Of a stretch of 64,000 bases of DNA, positions 23,618 through 36,466 are shown piece by piece. The stretch is from Bispira polyomma (taxonomy: Eukaryota), in NCBI GenBank assembly GCA_965649765.1, contig OZ287748.1:99014001-99078000 (forward strand), in the 5' to 3' direction. The position numbers were made by a program, and so were the translations under genes. A model generated the notes under the pieces. That model did not search any database. It saw only the letters and a list, made by a program, of their open reading frames with translations, and was not told where the DNA came from. Position 1 is the stretch's first letter; each line of letters starts with the position of its first letter.

Positions 23618-23879
23618 AATAATATCAGAACCGGAAGCTGTCTTTTTGGCCCATATAGAAGAACAGTAGTGAAGTATTACTATGCTACTATGCTATGCTA
23701 TATAGTTTAGTATAGTTCTTATATCTCACGTGTTTAAGATTTCTAAAAGATAAAATGATGGATGCTAATCCTCAACCACCTGAACATGCCAATGTTTCAA
23801 TACAGTGATTAAGCATTAAATGGCCATCCAATAATAGTTATAGGTATCTATAGTGATTACAACGAAGTATCATCAAATT

Positions 23880-24120
23880 TAAATATATATCATGACTGCC
23901 CTTTTCTACTTATTCTGAAGTGAATAACCCTGGATTTACCCTTGAAGATGCTTAGTTTCCACTTGGGGCACCATTCATGTGTACTGGTTAAGAATATTAT
24001 AGTACTAGACCTATTGACAGTTCTTGAGAGCAATACTTTTGGGAACTGACTAGGCTTTAGGAGTAAATTCACAATTTAAATGACTTGTATAAACCCCCTA
24101 GGTTGGACAATGTCTATCTT
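23880..24120 (-). mobile_element. Highly degenerate LINE RT fragment
   Basis: HEWCPKWKLSI..KSRVIHFR resembles the RT thumb region of CR1-group LINEs. Confidence 0.4.
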
Positions 24121-26380
24121 AGAATGACTGTGTTAATATAATGTTGTTCTCAGCTTTATTAAAAGGATATAAGTAGATGTAGCTGTGAATTGTTATGTCT
24201 GTTTTCATGTATAATTAGAAATGTCTTTCTTATTTTTCATGGTAAATATTAAAATCTCAGTAAATTGAATGCTTATTGCTTTAATGTCTGTTTTGTAAAA
24301 TGTATTTTCTGGTGATACAATGTGAAACTAATTTTAAAAAATGAATTAATAATAATATTGTTGTTAATTTTAGACCAATAATACTGGAAGTAATGCTTAC
24401 ATTTAAAAAGTTGTTAACATGTTAAATTTTTAATTTTGGATTATATCTTATTCATTAATTAGGTGTGCCCAAACAAGCCATTAAATCTGTCCAGTTAAGA
24501 CATTTTTTATCTGAAGTTGTCTGATAAATCTGATAAGTGTTTTAGTCTTGTTTTCGGGATCTGTAACTGGTACAGGAAGGTCTGTTTTTTCAAAAATCTG
24601 AAATTGTTGAGCGGGCTTTCTATATACATTTTGTATGAAATTTGGGCCAGTTCAAAGTGCAGTGTTAGATTGTCTCTGTGTTTCAAATTGAGGGGTGCTT
24701 CATAAGCACTTTCGTTTATCTGGTGTAAAAATATATGTGGTACATGTGAATATTCTAAAGATAATTCATTAAATTAATGGGACACTTATCAACCTACACA
24801 AAGTAAATTAGGAAACTGGATTGATGATTTTTTTCTGGAGTTTGAAAATGGTAACACTCTGATAATCTAATTACTGACCATTTTAAATATACATGTCTTA
24901 TCTGTTCAATTATATGATATTTTTATTTGTGCTGAGAATAAATTGTTAAACTTATCAAAAAAAATAAACAAAAATGTTTACAACAAACAGTCATTTAAAC
25001 TGCAATTTTAAAAAAAATACCACACGCTTACTAACAAACTAGTATCATGTGGCACATGAAGTAATAGGGTGCAACAAAAGGGCATATAAAGTGCATATCT
25101 TATCATAGTGATATAATGTTTAAAGTGTACTGGTTTGATTGTAACTAGTTTTTTTGGCTTATTCACTTTATCTGGTGCAATACTTTATGTGGTATATGTA
25201 GAAAAACTGAAGATAATTCAAGATTAAACTCATACGACATTTATCATAAAACATAACTTGTCATAAAAAATGTCATGAAACTTGTCAAAGTTTGTCAATT
25301 CCTTGTTTATAATGTGTATGATGACTTCAGAGCAAAACTTTATAAAAAATTATATTTAGACTGTAGTATATGTAGTGATAATTTGTTTCCAATTGTTATG
25401 TCAACTAATAAAGTTTATTCCTTAGATCTTATGTAGGACAAGCATGGCATACAATAAATACCTTACTATATAATATATGTTGAGGCTTTTTTCTATTGTT
25501 ACATTTGAGTATTGATTTATTTTTTATTTTCCTATTTTGTGTGATAATATAAATCGTACAATTTTCTTATAAAATGTCACCAATTTAAAATTATGACTAA
25601 AGTGTCTTATAAGCCTACCTAAGGCTGGGTTTGTTGTATGTAATACTTTTATTCTCATTTATTTTTGTATACAAACAGGATACTATATAAATGATATTCT
25701 ATTCTATTATAGCTACGTAGCTGGTTTTTTTTTTTACATATAATGATTACAATGTGCTACTAAATCATAAAGTAGAATGTATCTGATTCATGTTTTTTTT
25801 TGTTTTTTTTTTGTTCTCTCCAAATATATGTAATGGTGTACATGTACATTTATACTATTGTGTATGATAAATAAATTAAATAAAAATATTATACAAATTA
25901 TATTTATAAAAAAGAATGATGACCTCATGATTATTGGTTCTTGAGGTTTATAATTGTTACACATTAATAATCTAATTAGTCATATGCTATGCAAATATGT
26001 TTAATTTTGTCATTTTATACTCACCTGTCTCATCTGTTAAATTATACACCTTCATAAACTTATTATATTTATATTTTGTTGTTATATCTTGTTTAAAATG
26101 TGTTTAAAATGTCTATTTTTTTTTTGTTGTTCCACCGAAAAATGTTATATGTTTGGTAGAATTGTGGGTAATATTTTGGCTTTAAAGTTTAGGTGCGGCG
26201 AATTTTAGGTAGAATGGCGAATTCTAGATATACTTGTACTAAAATACACGGCCCACTTAAAGGTCTAGAGAGCTACATGTACTTACAACAAAAAGGTCTT
26301 AGCCTCGCCTTCAGGCTTAAATCTAAGACTTTCCTTCCTCTTAACTTTTACTGAACAAGGTCTGAGATTTCTGTGTCTTT

Positions 26381-29208
26381 AGCACTGGTCACACAAAGTA
26401 CATTCGGGTTTACGTTTAAATGTTAGTTTTTTTTAAGAAATGTAAGCAAATGGAAATTATCAAAGTGTAATTGAAGAAAACATAACAAACACGTTTGGTA
26501 CACACAATTAATATATTTGATAGCCGTTTCAATTAAGTTTGTAACTTTAGCCACGTTATTAATTACTTTTGATCTTATAACCCTCGTTTTAAATAGGTTG
26601 CATTCGATTAATTTATGTCTTTCACGTTTCTGGTTATCATTTGGATGTATAGTATGTCTTTGGATGTATAGTATGTCTCAGACCTCAGACGAGAGTTGGC
26701 CGATACGGCCTTTGTCAAGTCTCCTGCTGATAATGCAACGGATCTATACACGCAGTACTGTGCCGACCTACAATCTCTCCTAGAACGCCATGCTCTGTGT
26801 AAGTCTAAGATATTGAAGAAGCCTGTACCTGAGTGGATTACTGGTAGGTACCGAGAGTTGAAGATGCTGCGTAGACAAGCTGAACGGACATGGCGCCGTA
26901 ACAAAACTACCGCAAACAGGTCGCGACTACGCCAATGCATCACCAGGTGCAATAACACCATCAATGATGTCAAACGTATATACTACACCAACATGATCAC
27001 AGAAAGCGAGTGTGACTCAAAGAAACTCTGGGAGAAATTAAACAGCACCCTACACCGGAAAAAACAGACTATACTACCCGACAACAGCAATAGTAAATCA
27101 CTGGCAAACATTTTTAGTACTTTTTTTACTGATAAAATTACCAGAATCTGTGATAGTTTCACATCAGCTGCCCCAAATGCTCCTTTACCATCAGCTCCAC
27201 CAACCATCTTCAACCGTTTCTCCACAGTAACTGTTGATGAGGTTAGGAAAATTATACTTACATCACCCATAAAATCTTGCTTGTTAGATCCGTGGCCTAC
27301 ATTCCTTGTTAAGGAATGTATTGACATTTTATTGCCCTCAATCACCAAACTTGTTAACCTCTCATTGGTCAATGGCGTCTTTCCAAATGATTTTAAAAAA
27401 GCCATTGTCACTCCTTTAATAAAAAAATCTTCTCTCCCAAAGGCTGACTTGAAAAACTACCGTCCTGTCTCAGGCCTTTGCTATATCTCTAAGTTGGTTG
27501 AACGCATGGTCGCCTTATAGATCAAACAACATATCGATGTTAGTAATCTATGCAATAAGTATCAGTCAGCGTACAGAAGTGGTCATTCTACAGAGACTGC
27601 ACTACTCTGCATCAAAAATGATGTTCATATATCTTTATCTAAAGGTATGCCTACTGCCTTAGTACTGCTGGATCTGTCGGCGGCATTTGATACTATTGAT
27701 CACAAAGTTCTTCTTGAGTGGCTATCGTCTTGGTTTGGTATCAACGCTACTGCACTTAAATGGTTCACGGCGTATTTGTCTGATAGATTCCAATCAGTCA
27801 AAATTGGCACCATCTTGTCCGACCCTACATGGTTAAAATTTGGGGTTCCCCAGGGCTCAGTCCTGGGTCCTATTTTGTTCTCAATGTTTACCACCCCACT
27901 CAGCAAGATCATTGCTGCATACAAAAACATAAACTTTCACTTCTATGCGGATGATACCCAATTGTACATCCACCTTACACCCGATTCTGCCCAGGCAGCT
28001 TTCACCTCCTTACAGAACTGCCTTGTCGATGTACAACACTGGATGGCAGCAAATAAACTCAAGCTGAACCCTGATAAGACCGAGTTTATTTTGTTTGGCT
28101 CCAAGTTGCAACGGGAAAAGCTGTCCAGCTGTTTCCCAGTTGATATTCTTGGCAGCAGGCTTTTCCCAGCTGACAAAGTACGCAACCTGGGCGTGTTGTT
28201 TGACTCTGAATTCTCCTTCTCCAACCATGTTGCATCCGTGTGTAGATCATTTTTTGTTGGCCTCCGTGATTTCAGGTGAATTAGGCGTTATCTAACCAAA
28301 TCCACTGCAATCACTGTTGCCAACGCCTTGGTCAGCAGTAGGCTTGATTACTGCAACTCTCTGTTCCGTTCCCTATCTTGTAGTGACCTCAAACGTCCCC
28401 AGAACGTTCAACACTCATTGGCTCGCATCGTGGCCAAAACTTCTAAATTTTCTCATATTACTCCTGTACATTAGTCACTCCACTGGCTCCCAATAAAATA
28501 TCGGGTTGCTTTCAAAATTGCAACAATTATATACAAATTTCTAAATTCTGGATCACCCACCTATTTCAGCTCCCATCTATCCAAATATACATGCTCAGTC
28601 AGGACTAGGCGCAGTAACCCTAATAAGTTATATCTTAACATTCCCACTTTCGACCCTCGCATCCACAAATCCAAAGTACATTTCAATCATTGCCTTGCTC
28701 ACGATGGCCCCTTCATATGGAACAGCCTGCCTGATCATGTTCGCTTGGCTCAAACGTTCTCCTCTTTTAGGAGTAAACTGAAGGCATACCTTTTCGAACA
28801 GGCCTTTCCACCTTAGCCATCGCAACCATCCCGGTAGTCTCTCTCGTTATGACCACCATCCTTCCCCCATTTTTGATTTTTTTGATTAATGCTTAGATTA
28901 GTTGCGCCTTAGAATTTGTTGTAAGCGCTATAAAAGTACGATTAGATTAGATTAGTGCCATTTTTTACCTTCATATACTCACTTAAGACATGTCAGACAT
29001 CTCATATGTTTCTTCCAAACTAACCAACCACTTCAATGGAGAGTGTTGAAAATGGCCCCAAATGTAGCTTTGTTTCGTCCTGCTCAAAATGATGGTTTTT
29101 TCTGATGTTGTACTTATGCAAGTATACGTTCCACTATGCCTAATAGGTTCACTACTCAAATAAAGTTTTTGTGCGCAATCAAAACATCAGTCCAGTGTGA
29201 CCGGGGCT
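26381..29208. mobile_element. Harbinger MITE split by a LINE insertion
   Basis: Left end AGCACTGGTCACAC, right end GTGTGACCGGGGCT; left part similar to 16492-16730. Confidence 0.55.
26680..28955 (+). mobile_element. 5'-truncated L2/CR1-group LINE, RT domain nearly intact
   Basis: NYRPVSGL, LLDLSAAFDT, GVPQGSVLGP, YADDTQ, KLNPDKTE, SRLDYCNSL, LHWLP; a few nonsense codons (27518, 28277); tail GCGCCTTAGA..AAGCGC + (GATTA)n. Confidence 0.95.
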
Positions 29209-29633
29209 TAAGTCAAGTTGGCAGTATTCGACAAGGCAACAAGTTTAGGTCTTTTTGGGCGGCCAAGAGGTCATATGTTAAGTCAGATTAGCAATGTGCT
29301 TAACTTTTACAGTAAAAAGACCAGCGAATGGATTCGGTACTGATGTCTATAACCTCTACTGGTACCAAATTTAGTAGCTAGTAGTTTTGAATGTTGAGAC
29401 AAGAGAACTTGTTTTTGTTCACTTAAACCATATATTCAACTGATGCTGATTCTAATTACACAGTTTACTGTAGAATTGTGTTTTTATTGCAAACAACAAA
29501 GCTATGTGATGGGTCATATTTTATGTCCCACCTTTGACTACATGTTTGGGTTCCTTAGTGAATGCTCCATACAGAAATAAATGGGTTCAAGTGTTGGGGC
29601 TTTCTCCACTCCCAAAGAAATCCATATATTTAT

Positions 29634-31727
29634 ATTATTATTATTATTATGGATTTTTAACGCGCTTTATTGATGCTAGGCATCTTCTAAAGCGCAACAG
29701 CAGAATCATTAGTCCAATCATTAAGTCCGTGGAAATTGCAAAGTCGTAAGGAAGGAAGTGGGAGCGTGCACGAGGAAAGCTAAGGTGGGTAGGCAAGATT
29801 AAAAAGATAGGTTTTAAGCTTTTTCCTAAAACCGATAAGTGTATCAACTGATCTGAGGTCGACTGGGAGACTGTTCCATAACCGTGGAGCTGCAGTGGAG
29901 AATGCTCTGAAACCCGCCTTTCTGATTGGTCTGACCGAAGTGACAGAAAGTCTGTTTCCTCTCTTACGGTTACTGAAGGAAAGAAGGGAGGCAAGGTAGG
30001 GTGGCTGTTGAGTGACTACAGCCTTAAAAGTGGTAACGTGAATCTTAACAAAATTCGAGATTCAATGGGCAACCAGTGTAATTTTTTGAGGTAAGGAGTG
30101 ACATCTGTGCGACAACCCAGGCGAAAAATGACCCTACATAGGTAGTTTTGGATGGACTGGAGCTTTTTAATGTTTGACTTGTTTGCTTCGTACAAGAGAG
30201 AATTGCAGTAGTCGAGGCGGCTACTCACAAGGGCATTTGCCACAGTTATCGCTGTGTCCATGGACAAGTGGTTTCTGATTCTTTTGATGTCACGTATGTG
30301 GTAATAGCAGGAGCGACAGATGTTGGCAACATGCGTATCAAACGAAAAAGCTGAATCAAAAGTGACACTCAGGTTTTTAGCATTTTCGGAAGGTAGTATG
30401 TCTTTTCCCAGCAGGGAGATGGGAAACAAAGATTTTAGGAGTTCACTGTTTTTCTTGTTTCCTATGAGGATGAATTCTGTTTTGTCCGGGTTAAGCTTTA
30501 GTTTGGAGTAGTTCATCCACGCCTGGACATCAGACAGACAGTGTGCAAGTAGGTCTATGTTAGTATCTGCATTTTGTGGATTGATGGAGAGATAGACTTG
30601 AGTGTCGTCTGCATACATGTGGTGCTTTATATTGTGTTTATTGATGACAGTGCTGAGAGGATGTGTATAAAGGGTGAAAAGTGGAGGACCAAGGACGGAT
30701 CCCTGGGGTACTCCATATGGAAGTTTTATGGAAGATGATAGGTGATCATCTAGTTTAATTCTTTGTGCTCTAAGAGTAAGGTAGGATCTGATCCATTTAA
30801 GGACACTGCCATTTATACCGAACCACTGCTTGAGAGTGCCGCAGAGCAGAACATGATCAATAGTGTCAAAAGCAGCTGTGAGATCTAGAAGGGTGAGGGC
30901 CACTGTGTCGTTGCGGTCCAGTGCAAGATTGATATCATTGCTAATTGAAAAAAGGGCACTTTCTATAGAGTGAAATTTTCTATAAGCAGACTGATGGCGA
31001 TTTTGAATGTTTTGTCTATTAAGGTGGTCAGAAATTTGTTTAGCTACAGCTTTCTCGATGACTTTTGAGACGAAGCTGAGGTTTGACACCGGTCTGTAGT
31101 TTTTGAGCTGGTTTTTATCAAGCCCTTGTTTTTTAATCAAGGGAGTTACGTTTGCCGTCTTGAAACAGGTGGGAAAAACACCATCCCGAAGAGAAAAATT
31201 TAATATATTTGTTATGGGTGTGACAAGAATGTCAAGACATTGACTCAGTATAACTGCTGGGATGGGATCTAAGTCACAAGATTTAATGGTAGAGGATTTG
31301 ATGAGTTTCAGAACTTCAGGCTCTGACAGTGTACTAAAATGAAACAGGTTACAAACCTTATATCCTGGGGCTGGAGGGTTGAAGTGATGTATCGTTGGGA
31401 AGGTGTCACGAATTTTGCCGATTTTTTCAATAAAAAATTTTCCAAATTTTTCTGCTAAAAAAGTAAGGCAGTGGTTTATGGGGAGAACTTTCTCTGATGT
31501 TCGATGTAGAATTTTGTTTATGGAGGCCCATAACCTTTTGGGATTATCCTGATTTTCAGTGATGATGGAGTCGTAGTGTTGCTTTTTGGCATCAGTTATT
31601 AACCTGTTGTAATTATTTGTGGCGATACGGTAACGGCTTCTGTCTAAGGAGGATTTTGTGCGTCGCCATTGACGCTCAAGTTGGCGTTTGCGTCTTTTGG
31701 CCTCTGTAATGGCGGCATTGGTCCATA
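29634..31727 (-). mobile_element. 5'-truncated L2-type LINE with open RT frame and complete 3' tail
   Basis: ORF 30016-31140 with GVPQGSVLGP and YADDTQ; frameshifted C-terminus RAFSTAAPRLWNSLP; stem-loop tail and (TAA)n; same family as 2900-4616. Confidence 0.95.
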
Positions 31728-32099
31728 TTGTACAATCAAGTTCTACCTGTATATTTTAGTTTAAATTAAGAGCTGGTTTTTATTCCTGACATAAATACCT
31801 CAATACAATAACAATAGGTACAAAAACTTCCTGGCACAATTAAGTGTTGACCAAATAAATTAAGCCTACGACATAATAAATGATGACAATCTAGACATTT
31901 TAAGGGTTATTAATATGCGGCCCTTGATATTTTATCTGTAAGTGTCTGCACGTACGTCAGCCAAAGTGTTCACTAAATTACTTAAACCTAAAAAGTATAT
32001 GCTGATAACCTAAATATCTCAAGTTTAATTAATATACCACCCTTGATAATTGATCTGTGTTTGGAGGCACGTAGACATGATGTATTCTCTAATCAAATA

Positions 32100-33345
32100 T
32101 CATTGGTTCATCCTTGAGATTCTGGCGTCAGTGGGGGTTTTCTACAGAATTTTCTAGGTGCAGACATCGTCTCCTACGAGTGTATTATGGCTTAAGCTGG
32201 CCATCGTAGGGTATCCAAGGTTTCTGCTCCCATCTATAATGTTTGCTTTCAGCTGGCTAGAATTGAAGATCTGGGCATTAGATTAAGCTTCCATTTGCGG
32301 TCAACGTCAAACCACAGGAAACTGGGCATCCACTAGTCCCATCAGCACAATCTAGTAAAATTCCTTGTAATAATAAAAAACTATGATCTTGTTTTCTTGT
32401 GGCACTGTATTGCTATATGTTTGCTATCAATTGACCCGAAACACTCCTCTTGGGCCGTGATCTATAGTATTGTGCATACCATTGATACATGGTATGGTTT
32501 AGTTAGGTTCTGGTGACCAGTAAGTCTATCAAAATAAATATTCAAAAATTCCACAGCCTTTCCATAGCCCCCATTTGTCTAGTCATGACTTATTTATTGT
32601 GTCTCCATCAATGGACATGAATAAACTAACTCTGAGGATAGTTTTTGAGAGTCCCTTTATAGTGACCATTCCAGACTTCTTATCTGTAATTCCATCAGTG
32701 AGACGTCGAGATCAACCCCCCAGTAACCCCCAAGATAAGTCCCACAAACCCCACTGATATGCAAACAGATAAGAGTATGTACAAGATAACCTAGGAACCA
32801 CAAGGAACACAATAATCGTATGGAAATCGAACTGGTTCATGCAGCATAACTGCATCCCCAGCGGATTTATTGCAATTAACGAATGACATATGTAGACCCC
32901 CCTGTGGGAGATTTCCGGTTATGGATCTCATAAAAAGCAATCCAATTAATGTACGTTTACTATAAAGGTGTCGCCAACATGCTCTGATTGTGTTGTAATT
33001 TCCTTTGAACGCACAATGACCCGATTTGGGAGGGATGTTGCATATGTCGATAGGGAATCATTAGCAATAAACGTTGATTACAAACATACAGGCATCGACG
33101 CAGGTAAACAAAGTCAATCCCAAGGCAATAGTGCCTGTTGGCCCTTAATATAGAGAGACTTCTGATGGATCTAAAACATACTACGTTTCCCCCTGTGCAT
33201 AATACACCAAATGGTTAGCACATAAAAAAACCTGCTATAGTTGTAACATGTTTTCCTATGTATTATGACATGTTTTGTGCAACCCCAAAAGTTTCTGGAA
33301 ATTCTTCGATCAGATGAAATAGGGTTATGGACCTTACAGACCGCT
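32100..33345 (+). pseudogene. Tentative endogenous viral element, mononegavirus/chuvirus-like L (RdRp) remnant
   Basis: Ordered degenerate motifs across frames: TGHPLV (32321-32338), INVDYK (33067-33084), IVPVG/IERLL (33128-33164), YYDMFCATP (33261-33287), GLWTLQT (33322-33342); many stops/frameshifts. Confidence 0.4.
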
Positions 33346-34229
33346 GACAACACAACACTACAACAAAATAGAAATAACAAAGCATATATTGATTATTCAA
33401 ACTAGTCCCAGCACGACACTATACCACACTGCAATTTGACTTGGAGAAATCTCTAACAACACTTTTTGTCATTAAATTGCCTTATATGTATTATGTATTA
33501 TACCATATATCACTTATATGGATTATGTAGTGTGGTGTCGTGTGTATATCACTGTCGTGTAGTGGTGTGTCGTCCCCTGTTGTGTACTGTAGTTGACGGT
33601 TTGTAAGGCTCTTAAGATGAAAAAAGCTTTCATTATTTCCTGTTTTTCCCCATTTTTAACACATGGGAGGCACTTTTAAGGTTGAATATTTTTTATCAGA
33701 AGAGGAACATGTTGCTTTTGTGGTAGACTGAACGCTTTATGTCAGTGACCTGATTTAACTGAGGGGAGGGCAATCTGACTTCACCCTGGACACCCCATCA
33801 CATCCAGCCATGAACTACAACATAACACGATTTTGGCTCTTTTATGTTGGAGTAGATCGTTCATATTTTGTAGTCGTAAAATACCAGGGTTATGTTCACA
33901 AAATGTCTTGTTCAGTGCTCAGGCTTAAATCAGACACCTTATGTGGCAGTCACACTGTCCAAGTTCTTGTTACGTTTTTAACAGTTTACTCCCGATCATT
34001 AGAACTTAGCTGGTCTGGAGAGAATGGAGTAAAATGTTCATTTGGAATAATAAATAGTTCTGTGACACACCTACTTGGTTTTAAGTGGTGTTTTCTTAAT
34101 GACATCAATTGTCCTGTTGTACCATATAGGCAAACTTGTAGCCAGTGTAGTATCCATGTACATGCTTGTTCCAATTAGTGATGTAAGAAGTAATCCAAAC
34201 AAGGCGCTGATATCCAAAAAGGGAAGGTT

Positions 34230-34520
34230 CAGCGGCGAGCAGAAGGTCATTACCAAAAAAGCATCCACCACTAAAGGGTGATAATATGGAGGAGGTAGGC
34301 CAGTCTGAAAAGGTAGGTTTTGAGATGGCTTCTGAAACCAGGGATTGTACCCTGTGATATGACAGTCTCTGGGAGCTTGTTCCATTCAACAGGAGCAGCG
34401 ACAGCAACGCAATGCCTGTCGATTTTCCTATTTGGACGGGTTGAGGAAACAGAGAGGCAGTTTCCCAGGGTGGGGCTGCTAGATACTGCCTTAGTGCGAT
34501 AATACATTTCAAGATGGTGA
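34230..34520 (-). mobile_element. L2 LINE 3' fragment
   Basis: VAVAAPVEWNKLP...FRSHLKTYLFRLAY. Confidence 0.8.
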
Positions 34521-34539
34521 AGGTTCCATCCTGTCACTT

Positions 34540-34980
34540 GACTGTTCAATTTAAGAAAACAATCTTGTTTTTATAAATATATATGCACCCACGAAGAACA
34601 AAAACTCTCAACAAGACTCATTTCTTGAGTTAGTACAGAGATACAGTGATAAAAAATTGATGATAGGAGGCGATTTCAGTGTTAAATCCTGATTGGGATA
34701 GGAAAGGTGGCTCTATTGAATCTCTATCTCATTATTGTACAATTATGCAAAATCTAATGAATGAAATTGCCAGTGTAAAGATTATAAAGAGAGTCCAAAC
34801 TGTTGTTATTTTGCTTAGATGAAAGGCCAAAGGCATTGAGTATGGCAAAAAATCTAAATATTCCTGGAATTTAGAAAAACGTAAGTTCTACATGAAATAC
34901 ATGAAGAAATTTAAAAGCAAATCGTTCTCAACTTAGTGAAGACCCCCACTTTAGAACTAGAATAGAAGAAGCAGAGAAAT
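34540..34980 (+). mobile_element. L1/Tx1-like LINE endonuclease-region fragment
   Basis: INIYAP, IGGDF and NLEKR-like motifs, degenerate. Confidence 0.55.
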
Positions 34981-35004
34981 TGTCATATGGATTATGTAAT
35001 CCCG

Positions 35005-35545
35005 GCGCTTTCAGTTCTGGGGTACCAGTCTAATTTTGGTCACAGTTGGTACTATAAAAGGCCATTCAATTTGAATTTTCCCGCCTTTTCACAAAATGTT
35101 TACAGAATAGACAACATTGAAATGCCACAAAGGATTTTTAACGAAGAGTTTGTGTTTTAAATTGTATTTTAAGTGTTTATAGTACTTTTATTTTAACCTT
35201 ACTCTCGCATAATGCCACATATTGAGGTGTACAGTTGTTTTTATACAAGAGGCCAGTTGGTATACATGTGCTTACAGGAATGTATCATTCGAGGAATCCG
35301 TTGCTGATGTCGACCTGGAGAAAGCAGCACGAAGGTCAGCTCCTGATGGCCTAGCAGCAGTATCAAGCCAGATCCTTCTGCAACTACAAAATATGGGCCA
35401 GGTGATGGAGCGAATGAATCAACAGGTGCTTCTCACCGAGGCGGTGTTGATGGCGGATCCCAGCAAAACTCAGGCAGGTAGTTCAAATTCTAGCAGTAAT
35501 TCTGTAGTGTTGAAAGTATTATTCCCAGTGTTGAACAGTCTCTAG
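35005..35545 (+). mobile_element. DIRS 5' end + gag fragment
   Basis: CAGTTCTGGGGTACCAGTCTAA..GTACTATAAAA matches 59033-59090; QILLQLQNMGQVMERMN matches QILAQLQAMGQMMERLN at ~59450. Confidence 0.7.
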
Positions 35546-35758
35546 AAATGTGGTTGTTTGATTTGAAGGTCAATGTGGTATCATTGACCTTGAAGTTTTA
35601 ACTAAGTGTTATAACTTAGGTAATATGACCTTTTGTAGGTAAGTTGGTAAGATGAAGTCAGATGCAGTTTGGGATAAGTTTATTGCAAACTTTCTTTGCT
35701 TCTATATACATCTATACACAAAAATTCAAATTAAAATTTTTAAAATGCCAAAGCCAAA

Positions 35759-36466
35759 TTAGAATTTTGAAGAAATTATAGAAGCAAAGGTAGAGGGGAT
35801 AATAGAAGCAGCGTGGGAGGTTGATTGAAGATAAGCCCAAACTGCATCTGATTTCCAACATCCATGTTTCTGAATGTGTTGGAGTTGTACATTTGAATTG
35901 AAGGCTAGTGATGCACCTGATCGCCTAAAACAATGAAAAGAGTGTCCCTCATGGGGAATGTTGAGATATGTCAGTATATGTTTTAAAGCAATTCTTAATT
36001 TTGTGTCTGTTAGACATTTCCCTCTATCTGAGGGGTCCGCCAGCAGTGGAGCCTTGCTAGACATTGGAAATTTGTTAAATAGGGTTTTTGCTGAAGTAAC
36101 AGGGCATAACCAGGGATTGCTTAAAGCAGGTAGTTGTATTATATCTGTATGTGATCTTTTTTGGTTTGTCTTCGACCATTTTAGGATCAAATGTATGCCA
36201 GGGTGTGCAAACAGCACATCATTTCTGGTTATATGTCTAGTTGGATCAAAAGAAGTTCCACAAGTGGAAGTTATGTTCGAGATCCTCAAAAAACCAAAAT
36301 AAGCAAAAAGAAAGGCTGTCCTGAATAATTCAGGGCAATACAACTGGTTAGAAGCTTTTGAAATTTCCAATAATTGGTGTAGGTCGAAGACGCCCTTGAC
36401 CTTTGGTGAGAATTTTGATGATAAGTCTATTGATTTTTGGTAAATTTTCTGGTGTTGCTTGTGCAA
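35759..36466 (-). CDS. Tyrosine recombinase catalytic domain of a DIRS/Ngaro-type retroelement
   Basis: Open 235-aa frame with FLRIS (R), WSKT (K), CPV, HCFRRSGA (HxxR), HGCWKSDA, WAY (Y). Confidence 0.9.
   Translation of the reverse strand: MHKQHQKIYQKSIDLSSKFSPKVKGVFDLHQLLEISKASNQLYCPELFRTAFLFAYFGFLRISNITSTCGTSFDPTRHITRNDVLFAHPGIHLILKWSKTNQKRSHTDIIQLPALSNPWLCPVTSAKTLFNKFPMSSKAPLLADPSDRGKCLTDTKLRIALKHILTYLNIPHEGHSFHCFRRSGASLAFNSNVQLQHIQKHGCWKSDAVWAYLQSTSHAASIIPSTFASIISSKF

Noticed and set aside
26983-28228. Antisense ORFs over LINE RT (also 3073-3417, 30320-30511, 35958-36302, 50439-50966)
   Set aside because: Shadow frames of real coding sequence on the other strand or frame, with no independent motifs.
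26696-31140. Reverse transcriptases as retron/DGR/group II intron components
   Set aside because: Motifs (NYRPVS, LDLSAAFD, GVPQGSVLGP, LHWLP) and 3' microsatellite tails identify non-LTR L2/CR1-group LINEs.
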